Shown: positions 14,757-27,790 of the stretch, piece by piece
Position numbering within the stretch: position 1 is the stretch's first letter
Layout of the letters: each line of letters starts with the position of its first letter
Assembly: GCF_018350175.1 (NCBI RefSeq)
Contig: NC_058368.1
Location: forward strand, 14,510,001 to 14,574,000
Length of the DNA: 64,000 nucleotides
Direction: 5' to 3'
Source: Felis catus
Lineage: Eukaryota
Notes under the pieces: generated by a model
Told to the model about the DNA's origin: nothing
The model's database searches: none
What the model saw: the letters and a program-made list of their open reading frames with translations, nothing else
Translations under genes and position numbers: made by a program

Positions 14757-15050
14757 ATAAATAAACTTAAAAAAATGTTTAAAAAAAAAGAAACAATGGA
14801 CTACCTATACATACAGTGACATAATCTTAAAAATCAATGCTAACTGGAAAAAAAGTAAGAAACTACATGAAATCTATAACCCTATATCATTTTTATGAAT
14901 CAAAAATGCATACACAAATAATGAGTAATGTTTTATAAAAACACATGCAAACAAAAGGAGAGACTTCAAACACATTACAGATGTTGCCTCTGGTGGAGGA
15001 GAGAAATGAAAGTACTGGATAGAGATAAAAGAGAACAAATAGATTTTTAA
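11900..15050 (+). mobile_element. Decayed L1M (ORF2 to 3' end) carrying SINE insertions at ~12389-12583, 13768-13986 and ~14547-14790
   Basis: Degenerate ORF2 motifs (ggtaaattctaccagattttcaag ~GEFYQTFK; caagattaggaaaaagacagagatgctccatatcaccactgttattgaatg ~RT RQGCPLSPLLFN), followed by L1 3'-like sequence. Confidence 0.75.
13079..13271 (+). repeat. Compound polypurine microsatellite (GA)n-(GAA)n-...-(GAAA)n
   Basis: Directly visible; about 190 nt, almost purely purine. Confidence 0.97.
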
Positions 15051-16523
15051 AATTCAAATTAGTGAAAAATAATCATTCCTTCCACCTCTCGTATCTGCAT
15101 TAGGCATTTTATTCAATAATTGCTTTACTCCACAGAATAATAGTGAATTTCATCAATCCTTTCCAAATATGTTGTTAAGATTTATTTGAAATTGTTGCTG
15201 ATTAACTGATTATGTGATGATGTTGGTAGAATCTTCCTTTAAATAATCTATCTGATTTCAGTATTATTTTGAACTCCTGTGAATACATTTGGACAATAGC
15301 TACTCCATAACTTTTTGTCTTTCATCCTTTTCATTTATTGTACCAGGCACTAATTAGACTGACTTTTTTCTTAACTAACTAGTTATACTGCACTTACAAA
15401 ATCATTTGTGGACATTGACCAAACCAACATTTATGACATAACCAATATAAAATTTTAACCAACCTCGTTCTTCTATTTTAGTCTCCTTCCCTGTGCTCTA
15501 GCCTGAACTATTATATCAAGACCACTACGATAGAGAATACAAAAATCCTGTTCAATTTCAGTACAGAAATTACCCTTTAATAAAGCCTAATTGTTTATAT
15601 TTCTGAATGAGAAACATGCACAATAATTGGTTTAAGTAAAATATCAAAACTTTTGAGAGAAATAAGTCAAGAAGAAGTTGAGGGAAATAAAATTAGTAGT
15701 AAAATGTGATCACAGGAAAAGTTGAAAAGTATCATTCAGATATTTTATAGATTAAAAAAATGAAGTATAATTATCAGAAGGCTAATTTAAGAAATCATTT
15801 ATTAATTAAGTGAATCCAAATTGGTGTCAACACGTTGGAAATCAGGGTCATGAAGCCAGAGAATGACTTCATTCACATATTTAGTTACAGCTGTAATTTA
15901 GAAAATTGTGTAATATGGCTGCACTTAGTTGAAATTTAAGAAGCTAGTTCTACAGCTTTTGTTCATGTTGCTGAAATCAGTGTGCTCTTAAAATCAATAA
16001 GAAATTGATGACAGGTGACTGCAGTAGGTGAGAGGCATAGTGAGCCATACAGTGATTGTCACTGCTCATATCACAGGTGTGAACAGAACTCCATGTCTAC
16101 ATGGCCCGATACTTCCAGAAAGCTTATGATGGTTTCTTGGGGAATGACAAGGCCTTCTTTTTTTTCTGACCCTTTACGGAAGCTTAGTATGGTCATTGGT
16201 TGTCATTAATTTGCATTCATTTCCTACTAGCTAGCAAACGTCTAAAATCGCCCAAGGATTTCTACCCTGTATAAAAGCAAGGATTCATTTGTAGCAGCAG
16301 GAAGATGTCCCCTTTTCGTAGGGTTAGAGGTAAATTTGAGGACTTCAGGCAGGAAAATAAGTGTGTATCAATGCATTTCTAATAAAATTGTTCAGTTTTG
16401 AACTAATGCTTAAAAATTAGAAATGAAATTATTGTAAAATTAGAACAGGTACTTCAAATTATTTTTGTTTTAAACATGAATGTGGCTTTTTTAAGAAATC
16501 TACTTAATATTAAAAATTGTATC

Positions 16524-16735
16524 GGGGCGCCTGGGTGGCGCAGTCGGTTAAGCGTCCGACTTCAGCCAGGTCACGATCTCGCGGTCCGTGAGTTCGAGCC
16601 CCGCGTCAGGCTCTGGGCCGATGGCTCGGAGCCTGGAGCCTGTTTCCGATTCTGTGTCTCCCTCTCTCTCTGCCCCTCCCCCGTTCATGCTCTGTCTCTC
16701 TCTGTCCCAAAAATAAATAAAAAACGTTGAAAAAA
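16524..16735 (+). mobile_element. Young SINEC_Fc with perfect 18-bp TSD
   Basis: TSD AATATTAAAAATTGTATC at 16506-16523 and 16736-16753; CpGs intact. Confidence 0.97.
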
Positions 16736-16891
16736 AATATTAAAAATTGTATCATATACATAGCTGGAGCCACAAGAAAGTTAAGCATTTTAGAAAGGGA
16801 AAATTTTCACTCAGGTCTGTGTTTTATTGGAGGTTGTACGTTACCATTTCTAGGAATAGGATGTGTAATACATATAGATAAAATAGGGTAA

Positions 16892-17281
<390 letters not shown>

Positions 17282-18559
17282 TAAATTCCAGAGTTTTTAC
17301 AAATGTAGGAAAATGAATATTATATGTCAAAACCAAGTAATGAGACCATCATGTTCTTCTTTTTTGAATTGTAGACATATATAATGCACTTCAATATCCC
17401 TGTTTTGCTTGTTTTATTTTAGCATCTTCATTAAAATGCTTAATGCCCAGTGTGTGTTATTAATAAAACCTAGTGGGACATTTGAATATGAATAGTTCAC
17501 ATTAAAATAATCTGCCAGTATATATTTTCTTAAAAAAGCAAACTTGCAGACTTCTACACAGAATGCTCAAAAAATGCATTGATAAAATAGATGAGGGTAT
17601 ATATAGTATTTTATTCCAGAATATTCACCAAAATGCATCAATGAAATAGATGAGGGTATAGTATTTTATCCATGTAGGTTCTTACCCTGAAAGTTTATAG
17701 CTAACAGTTGGGAATTGTGTGTGCGTAAGTATTTTTAGTGAAAATATTCCTGGAAAATATTATTTAAATCACTTCTGCACTGCACGAAATGACTTCAGAT
17801 AGGTGAAGGAGTAAAGAAGCAACAGCTGCTGGGTGAGCATCACTGCCAAGGAAGCCATGCCCCAGCCTCCATTCTGCCCGGTAGCTGCCATCTGCTGTGT
17901 GCAAAACAAGCAATCATGGAATGCTTGTTGTATTTTTTACTTTTAGTCTTAGAGGTGGAAAACTTGTAGACTTGGGAAATAAAGCCCTACAAGAAAAATT
18001 TGCATCCACAAAGTTACTTCTTATATACCCCTACAAAAGCAAAATGATTCCATTTGTATGGCTTCAAGCAGAGAAAAGAAAAGGGAAGAGGCTCACAATG
18101 AGTGCTCATTGGACCCTTAGGGCTGAATATTCAGAGAACACATTGTAAGCACGTTATTAGGTGCAGTGTTACATCGTGTTGTATGTGCAAGGAAACGGAT
18201 TATTGCCTGAAGCTGGAGGAAGGGAATAGAGACAGAGAATGAATGAATGAGAGAGAAGTCAGATAGTATGAAATTCATCAGTGAAAGAAGGGATTTTCTC
18301 TGCAAACCATTACACTCTCCTGATTTAGTATCCCCTGTACAAACTGTAATCAGATTATTTTGTAGAAGATATTCTCAATTATTCTGTTCACAATATGCCT
18401 TTGTTTAACACATGTCCAGTTCTGTAAACGCATTACAGATTGTATTCCCCTTTTAGACCCAATATGTATAGGATCAGAAAAAAAAGAAAACACTTGGAAT
18501 AGCTTATTGTTTTATTCCAAGACCAGCTCCAAGTTGCTTTTTGACTTTTAAATATCATC

Positions 18560-18770
18560 TGGGATGCCTGGGTGGCTCAGTCGGTTGAGCGTCTGACTTC
18601 TGCTCAGGTCAGGATCTCGTGGTCTGTGAGTTTGAGCCCCGCCACGGGCTCTGCGCTGACAGCTCAGAGCCTGGAGCCTGTTTCAGATTCTGTGTCTCCC
18701 TCGCTTTCTGCCCCTCCCCCACTCATGCTCTGTCTCTCCTCTCTCTCTCTCTCTCTCTCTGTCAAAAATT
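18560..18770 (+). mobile_element. SINEC_Fc-type SINE
   Basis: Typical head and body; flanked by tttaaatatcat on both sides. Confidence 0.92.
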
Positions 18771-20394
18771 TTAAATATCATAAACCATTTTGCTCCTGAA
18801 TATTACAGGAGCAAATTACACATTTTTATTACACATTTTTATCCATTATAAAGTTCTATCCTTGTAAAGAAAGTTGCAAGTTAATCCTCTTGGGCAAAAT
18901 ATAATATTTTAATCATATTGTACATAATGAAAGTACAAGACCGCATTACCATTGACAGAATAATACCAGACTTTTTTATATTCAAATGAGAGTAAATAAA
19001 GAGATAAATGGGAATAAAGAGAAAATGGAATTCGAATGGAGACTTTCTTTACATGGATATAGTGTTTATTATTTGAATTCTATAAAAATACTTGTTTCTA
19101 TAAGATATCACACCATTGCTGTGGACAGTGGAGGGGAAACACTATGCATAGGCCTTAATTATCAAGTTATAAGACTTCCTAATGAAACATTACATGAAAA
19201 TGTGTAATTTTTTAAAAATTTTGGTTGGTTGGGAATGGTTCAGCCATGATGTTTGCTTATTAGATAGACTGTCTGAACAGTATGCTTCTGCTCCTGGTTC
19301 TGTCCTAGTGAGGCAGACTGCCGAGCACTAGGGGACCAGAATTCAGGACTCTTTCCTTCTGGCAGTCTCAGTCTGAGCGCCTAATTGCTGAGCACCAAGG
19401 TTCCACTAGAGAAACTCCCAGACTCATTCTGTGATAGAGATGTTCTCCCACCCCGGCTCCTCACCTGCCTCCCTGACCCAAACACACTGATGTCAGTTCT
19501 CAGGATACTTGCTAAGGGAGCACATGCTTGGAACACAACGACCTTCCCTCCCCCAGCCAGCGTAGGCCCAAGCACCCACCAGCAGAGAGTAACATTTGCT
19601 CTGACCCTGAGGACCTGTGTCAACTCAAGACTGCTTAGGAAGATACTTTATTTCCTTAAGATCACTAGAGGCTGCTTATAATGGTGTAGCCATAGCAGAC
19701 TGAATGATATCAAGGGATAGTAGCTAACTGTCCTTCTCCCTACTCCCCATCCTTATCTCATCTACCCTACAGAACTAACATATTCCCCCCAAAAGTTCTG
19801 CACTAATATTTAAGAACCTGCAACAGATGGGAACCCACCTAAAATCTGTGAGCTATCTAATGTCAACCAAGTCATCTAGCTCCCTCCACCTCAATTGCTG
19901 TCTCTGTAAACACGACGTATGTTTGCCAGCCCAAAAAGCACTTAAGATCTACTGTCGCACAATACAACTCTGCAGATAAGTGGAATGAAGTGCAGTATAT
20001 TTGTTGCTTGGTAGCCATCTATACCCCCTTACATATACATTTCCCTCTGGGAGGCATCTTTTATGAAAACATCAATGTTGAGATCCCAGAGGTCTGGGCT
20101 ATGGCACCATGACTTAAGAAAGTTGATACCTACCTAAACAGTGGGACACAAACTCTTGAAAAAAAGACGTGTTCAAAATATTAACCCTCTTATTGACCTT
20201 AGTGAATTTCTTTTACTTGATAATGTTTGTCTTTGTATTTTTAAAATACTAAGATCATTACATTTCACGTAGATAAAACCAAAGGAAGACTATAGTTATA
20301 CTAAACTGCAACTAGCCTAAAGAAGATGAATTTTTTGATGCTTAAACACTTATTTAAAAAAATAAATATTTACTGTATGAATATCTGTATATGT

Positions 20395-20495
20395 CATATA
20401 CATATATATACGTATATATATACATGTATATATGTATATATATATGTATATATATATATATACATGTATATATATGTATATATATATATACACAT
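20395..20495. repeat. (TA)n/(TATG)n microsatellite
   Basis: Directly visible. Confidence 0.9.
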
Positions 20496-21159
20496 AATAC
20501 ATATCCCACAACCTGCCATATCCCACAGTCTGCCTATAACTTTGAGCTTTGAGGTCAGTGCTAAAATTTGAGAAATGGCTTAAGGTTATTGATTCATTCT
20601 TCCTTGACAGGTGAAATCATGAAGCAGCACTAACCACAGCAATTATGGCATTAAAATGTCAAGAAATTAGAGGTCAGAATAACAGATAATTTTCTTCTCT
20701 ATGTCAGATTTAAAATTGACATTCTTTGACAGCTTAGGATCTTTGCCTGAGAAAAATATGACAGCTTAACTTATTTTATACTTGTAAAGCAGTAACTGAT
20801 AATAAACTTTATCATGACAGCCTCTGGGCAGAAACATGACAGAACAGTTCTGGTACAAAGCTCTTCTTAATATGTAAACACCAGATCTGTTGGATATTAG
20901 ATATTATTTAAATTGTCTTAAGTCTTGGCTTACATCATAATCTTCTAGACACATTATTTCATAGATGAGCTCAAGTGACTATTTGAGCAGTAATTTTAAG
21001 CATGGTAATGAATATTCTTTCTTACTACTTTCACATGTGAATAAAAATTATGTGGTTTGCTTCATATTTTTACTTGCCAAATGATGGCTGAGAGCCTTTA
21101 TCCTATGACCTGCTTAGGAAATAGAATATTCTAGTTAATAATTTCTGGTCCGGTGGTGT

Positions 21160-21328
21160 TCTAACTCCTTTCTACTCAAATGTAGTTCATAGACCAACAG
21201 TATCACCATCACCTGGGCACTTGTGAGAACTTTAGACTCAGGCCTTCCCAAACTACTAAGTCAGAACATGTATTTTAGGAGGCCCCCAGTGATTTGTCTG
21301 AGACATTAAAGTTTAAGAAGCACTGTCT
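21160..21328. mobile_element. MER5-like hAT-Charlie MITE relic
   Basis: catcacctggg...cttgtgagaa...attaaagtttaagaagcactg pattern typical of MER5. Confidence 0.6.
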
Positions 21329-21492
21329 ACTAAAGGTGTGTAAGAAGATCTGGAAAGCTCCTCAACCCCTACAAAAGTAAAGAGAATGATATGATGAACC
21401 CTCATGTACCTATCACTCAGTTTCAGATTTTTAACTCTAATTTCTTCTATATCCCTAGCCCTTCAGCTATTTTTAAGTATACCTGCCATATC

Positions 21493-21686
21493 TGGGCACC
21501 TGGGTGGCTCAGTTAGTTCATGATTTCGGCTCAGGTCATGATCTCATGGTTCTTGAGTTCAAGCTTCCACGGCAGGCTCTGTGCTGACAGCATGGAGCCT
21601 GCTTGGGATGCTCTGTCTCCCTCTCTCTCTGCCCCTCCCCCACTCATGCTCGCTTCCCCCCCCCTTCTCAAAAACAAATAAACTTC
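21493..21686 (+). mobile_element. SINEC with TSD
   Basis: TSD aagtaYacctgccatatc on both sides. Confidence 0.92.
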
Positions 21687-23342
21687 AAGTACACCTGCCA
21701 TATCCATCTAACCCCATCTAACTACTTATCCACTGTCTCATTCCCCATCCCATGGGCATCTTAGGATATCCAGGGAGAAGGTTCAAGCAAATTTATTTTG
21801 AAGAAAAAAAAATCTTTGCAGGCATTTCATATGCATTCCCAGTTGAAACCATTAATCTAGCCTAACATTCTCACTAAATAATTTTTCCAAGGACATCCAT
21901 CCATGTAGTATCAGAGCCAGATTTAGAACCAGGTGAGGTCTCCTGATTCTCAGGTCAGAGTTGCTTTATACCCACTACTTTGTAGGAATTTTAAAATAAC
22001 AATATTTACTAATACTTACTAGTTTTAGGGATGATACTCTTCTTACTTTCAAAATGATTCTTCAAAATAAGGAACCCCTAATGTGTATTCCCATTTCACT
22101 AATTTAACCTCTAAGGTTTTTCTTTCTATTTTGTTTATGCTTTCGAATTTCTTGAAAGTCTCAACTCAGTGAAAGTTCCCGGAACTACAGGGGATATTTT
22201 GCGATGGCTTTAAGAAATCATTCTCAGCCATTTTGTTCATTGTTTATTCTAACCACTTCTCAGAAAAACATAAGTTTTATCTGTATTTAAGAGTTCCAAA
22301 GGCACAAGAGGATCATGCCATAGTCAATAGCTGGTTAGTAGAGAATACAAATCAAATGCCACAATTTTTTTTACCGTACTCATGAGTGAAGATCATTTCA
22401 TTCTGAAATTGTTTCTAAAACTGATCACCCTTACAATCATGGATATAATTACTCAAGCCTGTCTGCCTCAGAGTATGATTATATAGTACGTAGTAGGCAA
22501 TAAAAAATGATAGAAAGGTGTAAACCAGATGATAGATTTTATCACAGTCCATCATTACAATTTGAGTGACATTAAGTGAGTCACTTTTGTATGCCTTGGT
22601 TTTCCCACCTATAAAATGATAACAGAAATGGTACCTAACTCATAGATCTGGATTTGAGGACCATATGAGAAAAGATGTAGGGAAATACTTTGTAAACCAT
22701 AAAGGACTACACAAACATTGGTTAGTGTTACCTAAAAGCGTAATTAAATGAAGTATCTTGGAAGAACTTTTGGTTTAGTAATTCACTTCTCTATATCATT
22801 GTATGTACTGTCGACACTGCCAAACTGAAAAGTGACTTAAATGATTTCTCTTCGACAGTGAGAGGTATACACACAAGCCTCTCATAAAAGGCTGTTTTGC
22901 TGGCCAACTATTAGAACATACAGGTCAATCTTTATTTATTTATTTATGTATTTATTTATGTATTTATCCATATATACACATCTATCTATTTATGCAGGAA
23001 ATATTAAATATTAAATTTTAATATTACCAGTCATCATAAAAGTGTGATATTTTTAGTCTATTTTTTTTGTTACTAATCTTTCTTGGTCTTCTATTAAGTT
23101 TTCTTCGTTTATCTCTTTCTTTGATCTGGTAGGGATAACAAAGCATTCCTTTGGATCTACTATAATGAGAATATGCCCAAAGGAAGTAGAATAGATCCCT
23201 TCAGTTTTTACTTTATCTTCTTGCTGAAACATTCCTACTACTACAGAAAACTGACATGATAAGGCTGTCACGAACCAACGAGACAGACATGTCTTTAACC
23301 AAAACAGCTACAGTGTTGGCTTTCCTAGAAAATGAACTCATA

Positions 23343-23555
23343 GGGGCGCCTGGGTGGCTCAGTCGGTTGAGCGTCCGACTTCGACTCAGGTCATGATCTC
23401 ACGGGTCCGTGAGTTCGAGCCCCACGTCGGGCTCTGTGCTGACAGCTCAGAGCCTGGAGCCTGTTTCACATTCTGTGTCTCCCTCTCTCTCTGCCCCTCG
23501 CCTGTTCATGCTCTGTCTCAAAAATAAATAAACATTAAAAAAATTAAAAAAAAAA
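23343..23555 (+). mobile_element. SINEC_Fc with perfect TSD
   Basis: TSD AGAAAATGAACTCATA at 23327-23342 and 23556-23571. Confidence 0.96.
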
Positions 23556-25489
23556 AGAAAATGAACTCATAAAATTTATAAGGAAGAAATTAACCCACTT
23601 TCCATCCTGATAATGTAAATGAAGGTATTTGTAGTGACAACACTGATGGCCTTGTGGGCATTGCTTATTCTTTCTGTGAATTTGTTATCCCTTGTCTTTT
23701 CCTTCCCCCATTTCTGATTCCTTTTTTCTATCTGACAAGGGATAGCAACACGCCCCTAGTGGATCGCTTGAGTGGGTTGTAGCCTGATGTTGTCCATTTA
23801 CAAGGGCCACGATGCCTAATTGTCTTCATATGGGGGATGATCAGGGTTTTTCTCCTGGGAATTTATTCTGAGACATGATTGCAAGAAATGATCAACAAAA
23901 TGGCTGATAAAGATTTCTTAAAACCATCTTAATTTTCCCCCTATAATTACTGGAGGTTTTACTGACTTATAAAAATGTTAGCAAATTCAAAACCCAAATT
24001 AAAATAGAAATAAAATAAAATAAAATAAAATAAATAGAAAGAAAACCCCTACATTTTAAATTATGGGAGTGGAGATGCACATTAGGTATTCATTTGGGGA
24101 GCAAGAAGAATATTATGATCTTAAAACTAGTAAGTAAGAGTATACATTCAAATGTGCCTGCTTATGTGTCCTCATCCACAGTAATAAGGCTTGCATTGCA
24201 AAGATTCAATGAATAAAGTTCCTATGTAGAAATTAGTATCAAGAAAATTAATGACACACATTTAATTTTGATTAGTGAATAAATCTTTAATTTAGGTTTA
24301 TCTTTTCTCCTTGTAATTACTGCAGTCCTTAGCTAGTCCATGGTCATCAATCGTCCACTAGAGAAGCATAAATAATGCAGCTAGTCAAAGTGGGATATGT
24401 GTCATTTATGTGAGGTGTGCTTTTTCTCATCTTTGTGTTATTTTTATTGTGTAGTGTTGAGAAGTGCTAATTATTGATTTTCAGAAATTAACAGCAAGTG
24501 CTTTCACAAGCATCTAAAGTCATGTTTTACACCAGGAAGAAGGGTGAAAATTGCAGCCTGCTGTTTGCACTAGAAATAGCTGGAAGGGATTTCCTTATCT
24601 TCTATTAACATAGATTTCAGTTATATTACACAGTTGGTACCTTAGCATAAATTAACAGTTATTCAAAACATATTGCATGCTTCAATTTGTGGAAGTAGAT
24701 ATTACTCAATCTAAATACCTAAGCATTTCAGTTAGATGTTTAGAACTCATTTTTAAAGGTTTTAAACATATTGATAATGAGCCTACTTATAGCCATTTGA
24801 AATCTCAGTATAGTATATCTAAATTACTGTTTCCCATTTATGTCAGTATCAAAGAAGAGCACTTTGTTCTGCCAAATACACACAATACTATTTTTAATTT
24901 GAATTTAACCTAATAAAAGTGTATGGTTTCATTTTGTAATGTTTATACCACCACCTGGTGAACCTTTGTCTTGATGTCATTCTACTTCCAAGCAAATCTT
25001 TTCAGCTTTTATTACTTTTATTATTATTTTCTTTCCATGATCAGACACTCCAAGTGAACTTATTTTGTCTGGTGGGGGAAGGTCATCACCTGTACTTCTA
25101 CTGCTGTCTTGTTCCTCCTCCTCCCCCTCCCCTAACTTCTGCTTCCTGAATTGCCCAGCATAGAGTTGCTTTATATAAATTTATTCAACCAGGGAAAATT
25201 TGGCAGGTACATTGTACTGATTCCTCTCATATGTCACTGAGCATTTCTGCGTTGAGTCCTTTACTTAATTACTATTTAATGATCAACCCAAAAGTGAACA
25301 CAGAACCAAAAACCTGGAAGAATCCTTAAGACATCATCTGGTAAAACTCTTGCTTCTAGGTAGATCAATCAGTAACTTATCCAGAAAAGAGTGTTTTCAT
25401 TCTCTTCCTGAGGATTAATGAGTATAGATTGCCAAGAGACTCAATGGCATTCCCCCAAAAGCTTATGATAGTATTTATCCCCAAAGTAT

Positions 25490-25553
25490 TTTTTAAATAT
25501 TTATGTTTATTTATTTTTGAGAGACAGAGATAGAATGCGAGCAGAGGAGGGGC

Positions 25554-25590
<37 letters not shown>

Positions 25591-25721
25591 CAGACCTGAA
25601 GCAGGCTCCAGGCTCTGAGCTGTTAGCACAGAGCCCGGTGCTGGGCTCGAACTCATGAACAGTGAGATCATGACCTGAGCCAAAGCTGGGCGCTTAACTG
25701 ACTGAGCCACCCAGGCACCCC
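25490..25721 (-). mobile_element. SINEC_Fc-type SINE, antisense
   Basis: tttatttattttttgagaga...gagccacccaggcacccc. Confidence 0.93.
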
Positions 25722-25904
25722 TATCCAAAATATTTTAAATCCTCAATGAAAATGCCTCTTGCTTGGATGTAATCATATTTTGGTTAGTCTCACCCAGGAA
25801 TGAAGCAAACAGTAGCCAGGATTTCCCTTATATAATATACCTGAATATCAGTTCTATTTGTATCCATCACAGTGCGTCACCCTCTCAAGGAATAATGAAG
25901 GCTC

Positions 25905-27390
25905 CAAAAAAGATACACAAATGACCAAAAAGCACATGGAAAGATTCTTTTTTTCTTTTTAATGTTTATTTATTTTTGAGAGAGAAGAGAGACAGAATGC
26001 AAGCGGGGCAGGGGCAGAGAGAGAGGGAGACACAGAATCCAAAGCAGGCTCCAGCTGCCAGCACAGAGCCCGACCCAGAGCTTGAACTCACAAACCATGA
26101 GATCATGACCTCAGCCAAAGTCGGATGCTTAACCGACTGAGCCAACCAGGCGCTCCACCCTGGAAAGATCCTTCACATCACTCATCATTAGGGAAATGCA
26201 GATCAAAACCTCAGTGACATACTACCTCATACACGTTAGGTTGGCTAGTATCAAACAATGCAAGAAACATAAAATAGCAAGTGTTGGAGCAGACATGGAG
26301 AAATTGGAACCCTGGGGCACCTGGGTGGCTCAGTCAGTTCAGTGTCCAACTCTTGACTTCAGCTCAGATCATGATCTCATGGTTCCTGGGATCAAGGCCC
26401 ATGTCGGGCTGTGTGCTGACACTGCAGGATTCTCTGTCTCCCTCTCTCTCTGCCCCTCCCCACTCATGCGCTTTCTCTCTCAAAATAAATAAACACTTAC
26501 AAAAAATAAATTGAGGGGCACCTGGGTGGCTCAGTAGGTTAAGCATCCGACTTCGGCTCAAGTCATGATCTCACCATTTATGAGTTCCAACCCCGTGTCC
26601 TGCTCTGTGCTGACAGCTCAGAGCCTGGAGCCTGCTTCTGCTTCTGGGTCTCCCTCTCTCTCTGCCCCTCCCCTTCTTATGCTCGCTCTCTCTGTCTCAA
26701 AAATAAATAAACATTAATTTTTTTTAAATAAATAAAAACCCTTATGCACTATTGTGGGATTGTAAAATGGTGCAGCCTCTCTGGAAAACAGTATGGAAGT
26801 TCCTCAAAATTTAAAAATAGAGCTACTGTATGATCTAGCGATTTCATTTCTGGGTATATACCCAAAAGACCTAAGAGCAAGATTTTGAAGAAATATTTGC
26901 ACACCCATGTTCATAGCAGCATTATTCACAGTAGTCAAAGGGTGGAAGCAGCCCAAGTGTCCATCAGCAGATTCACGAACCCATAAAACTGTGGTGTGGA
27001 CACACAGTGGAGTATCACTCAGCCTTAAAAAGGAAGGAACTTCTTACACAGGCTTCAACAAAGATGAACCTTGAGGATGTTATGCTAAGTGAAATACGCC
27101 AGTCACATGACAAATACTATATGATTCCACTTATATGAAGTACCTAGAAGAGTCAAAATCAAAGAGACAGAAAGTGAAAGAGTGGTTTCTGGGGGCTGGC
27201 GGGGAGGAGCAAATGGGGAGTTGTTAATGGGTACAGTGTCTCAGTTCTGAAAGATCCAAAGAGTTGTAGGGACTGGTTGTACAGCAATACGAATGTATAC
27301 AACACTACTGAAGTGTGTACTTTGAAAATTGTTAAGATGGCAAGGTTTCTGTTATATATATTTTATCACAATTTAAAAGAAATTTAAAGG
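25905..27390 (+). mobile_element. L1M (L1MA/MB-like) 3' fragment with three SINE insertions (25950-26156 -, ~26314-26514 +, ~26515-26735 +)
   Basis: gggaaatgcagatcaaaacc, ggtgcagcctctctggaaaacagtatgg, catgttcatagcagcattattcacag, tatgattccacttatatgaagtacctag. Confidence 0.88.
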
Positions 27391-27399
27391 GATAATGGA

Positions 27400-27790
27400 G
27401 AGAGGTTGATAGTATCCTATTTACAAAACTATGGGCAGGACAAAGCAGATGAACAAGGGGGAAGTGAAGCATGCAGGGGTAACATCTAGGGGCCACCCTG
27501 GGGCCTGAGCATACACAGGGAGGGAGCCGTTACCACAACGTGCCAAGAGAGGTAACCCTGGGAAAGCGGTGGCCCCACAGGAGCTATGGCCTTTGGAAGA
27601 AGAATGTGACCCAACCACTGGCAAACTGGGACCTGGCAAGGGAGACCCACACAGTGAGTTTTACACCTCCCTATCTCCTGTCCTGAGTTCTCATTGGCCG
27701 AAAAGAGTGGAAAGTAGAGAGCAAGAGAGTACCCCGGATGCAGTCTCTGGAGGCCCGTCTCTGGGGGCAAGGAAGACGGTCCAGCTAACT
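27400..27790 (-). mobile_element. Probable ancient LTR relic (MaLR/ERVL class)
   Basis: GC-richer block with a cattggcc...agagagcaagagag motif resembling old LTRs; family uncertain. Confidence 0.4.

Noticed and set aside
23748..23765. CTCF-like CCACTAGGGGCG on the minus strand
   Set aside because: One G short of the core spacing, so key positions mismatch.
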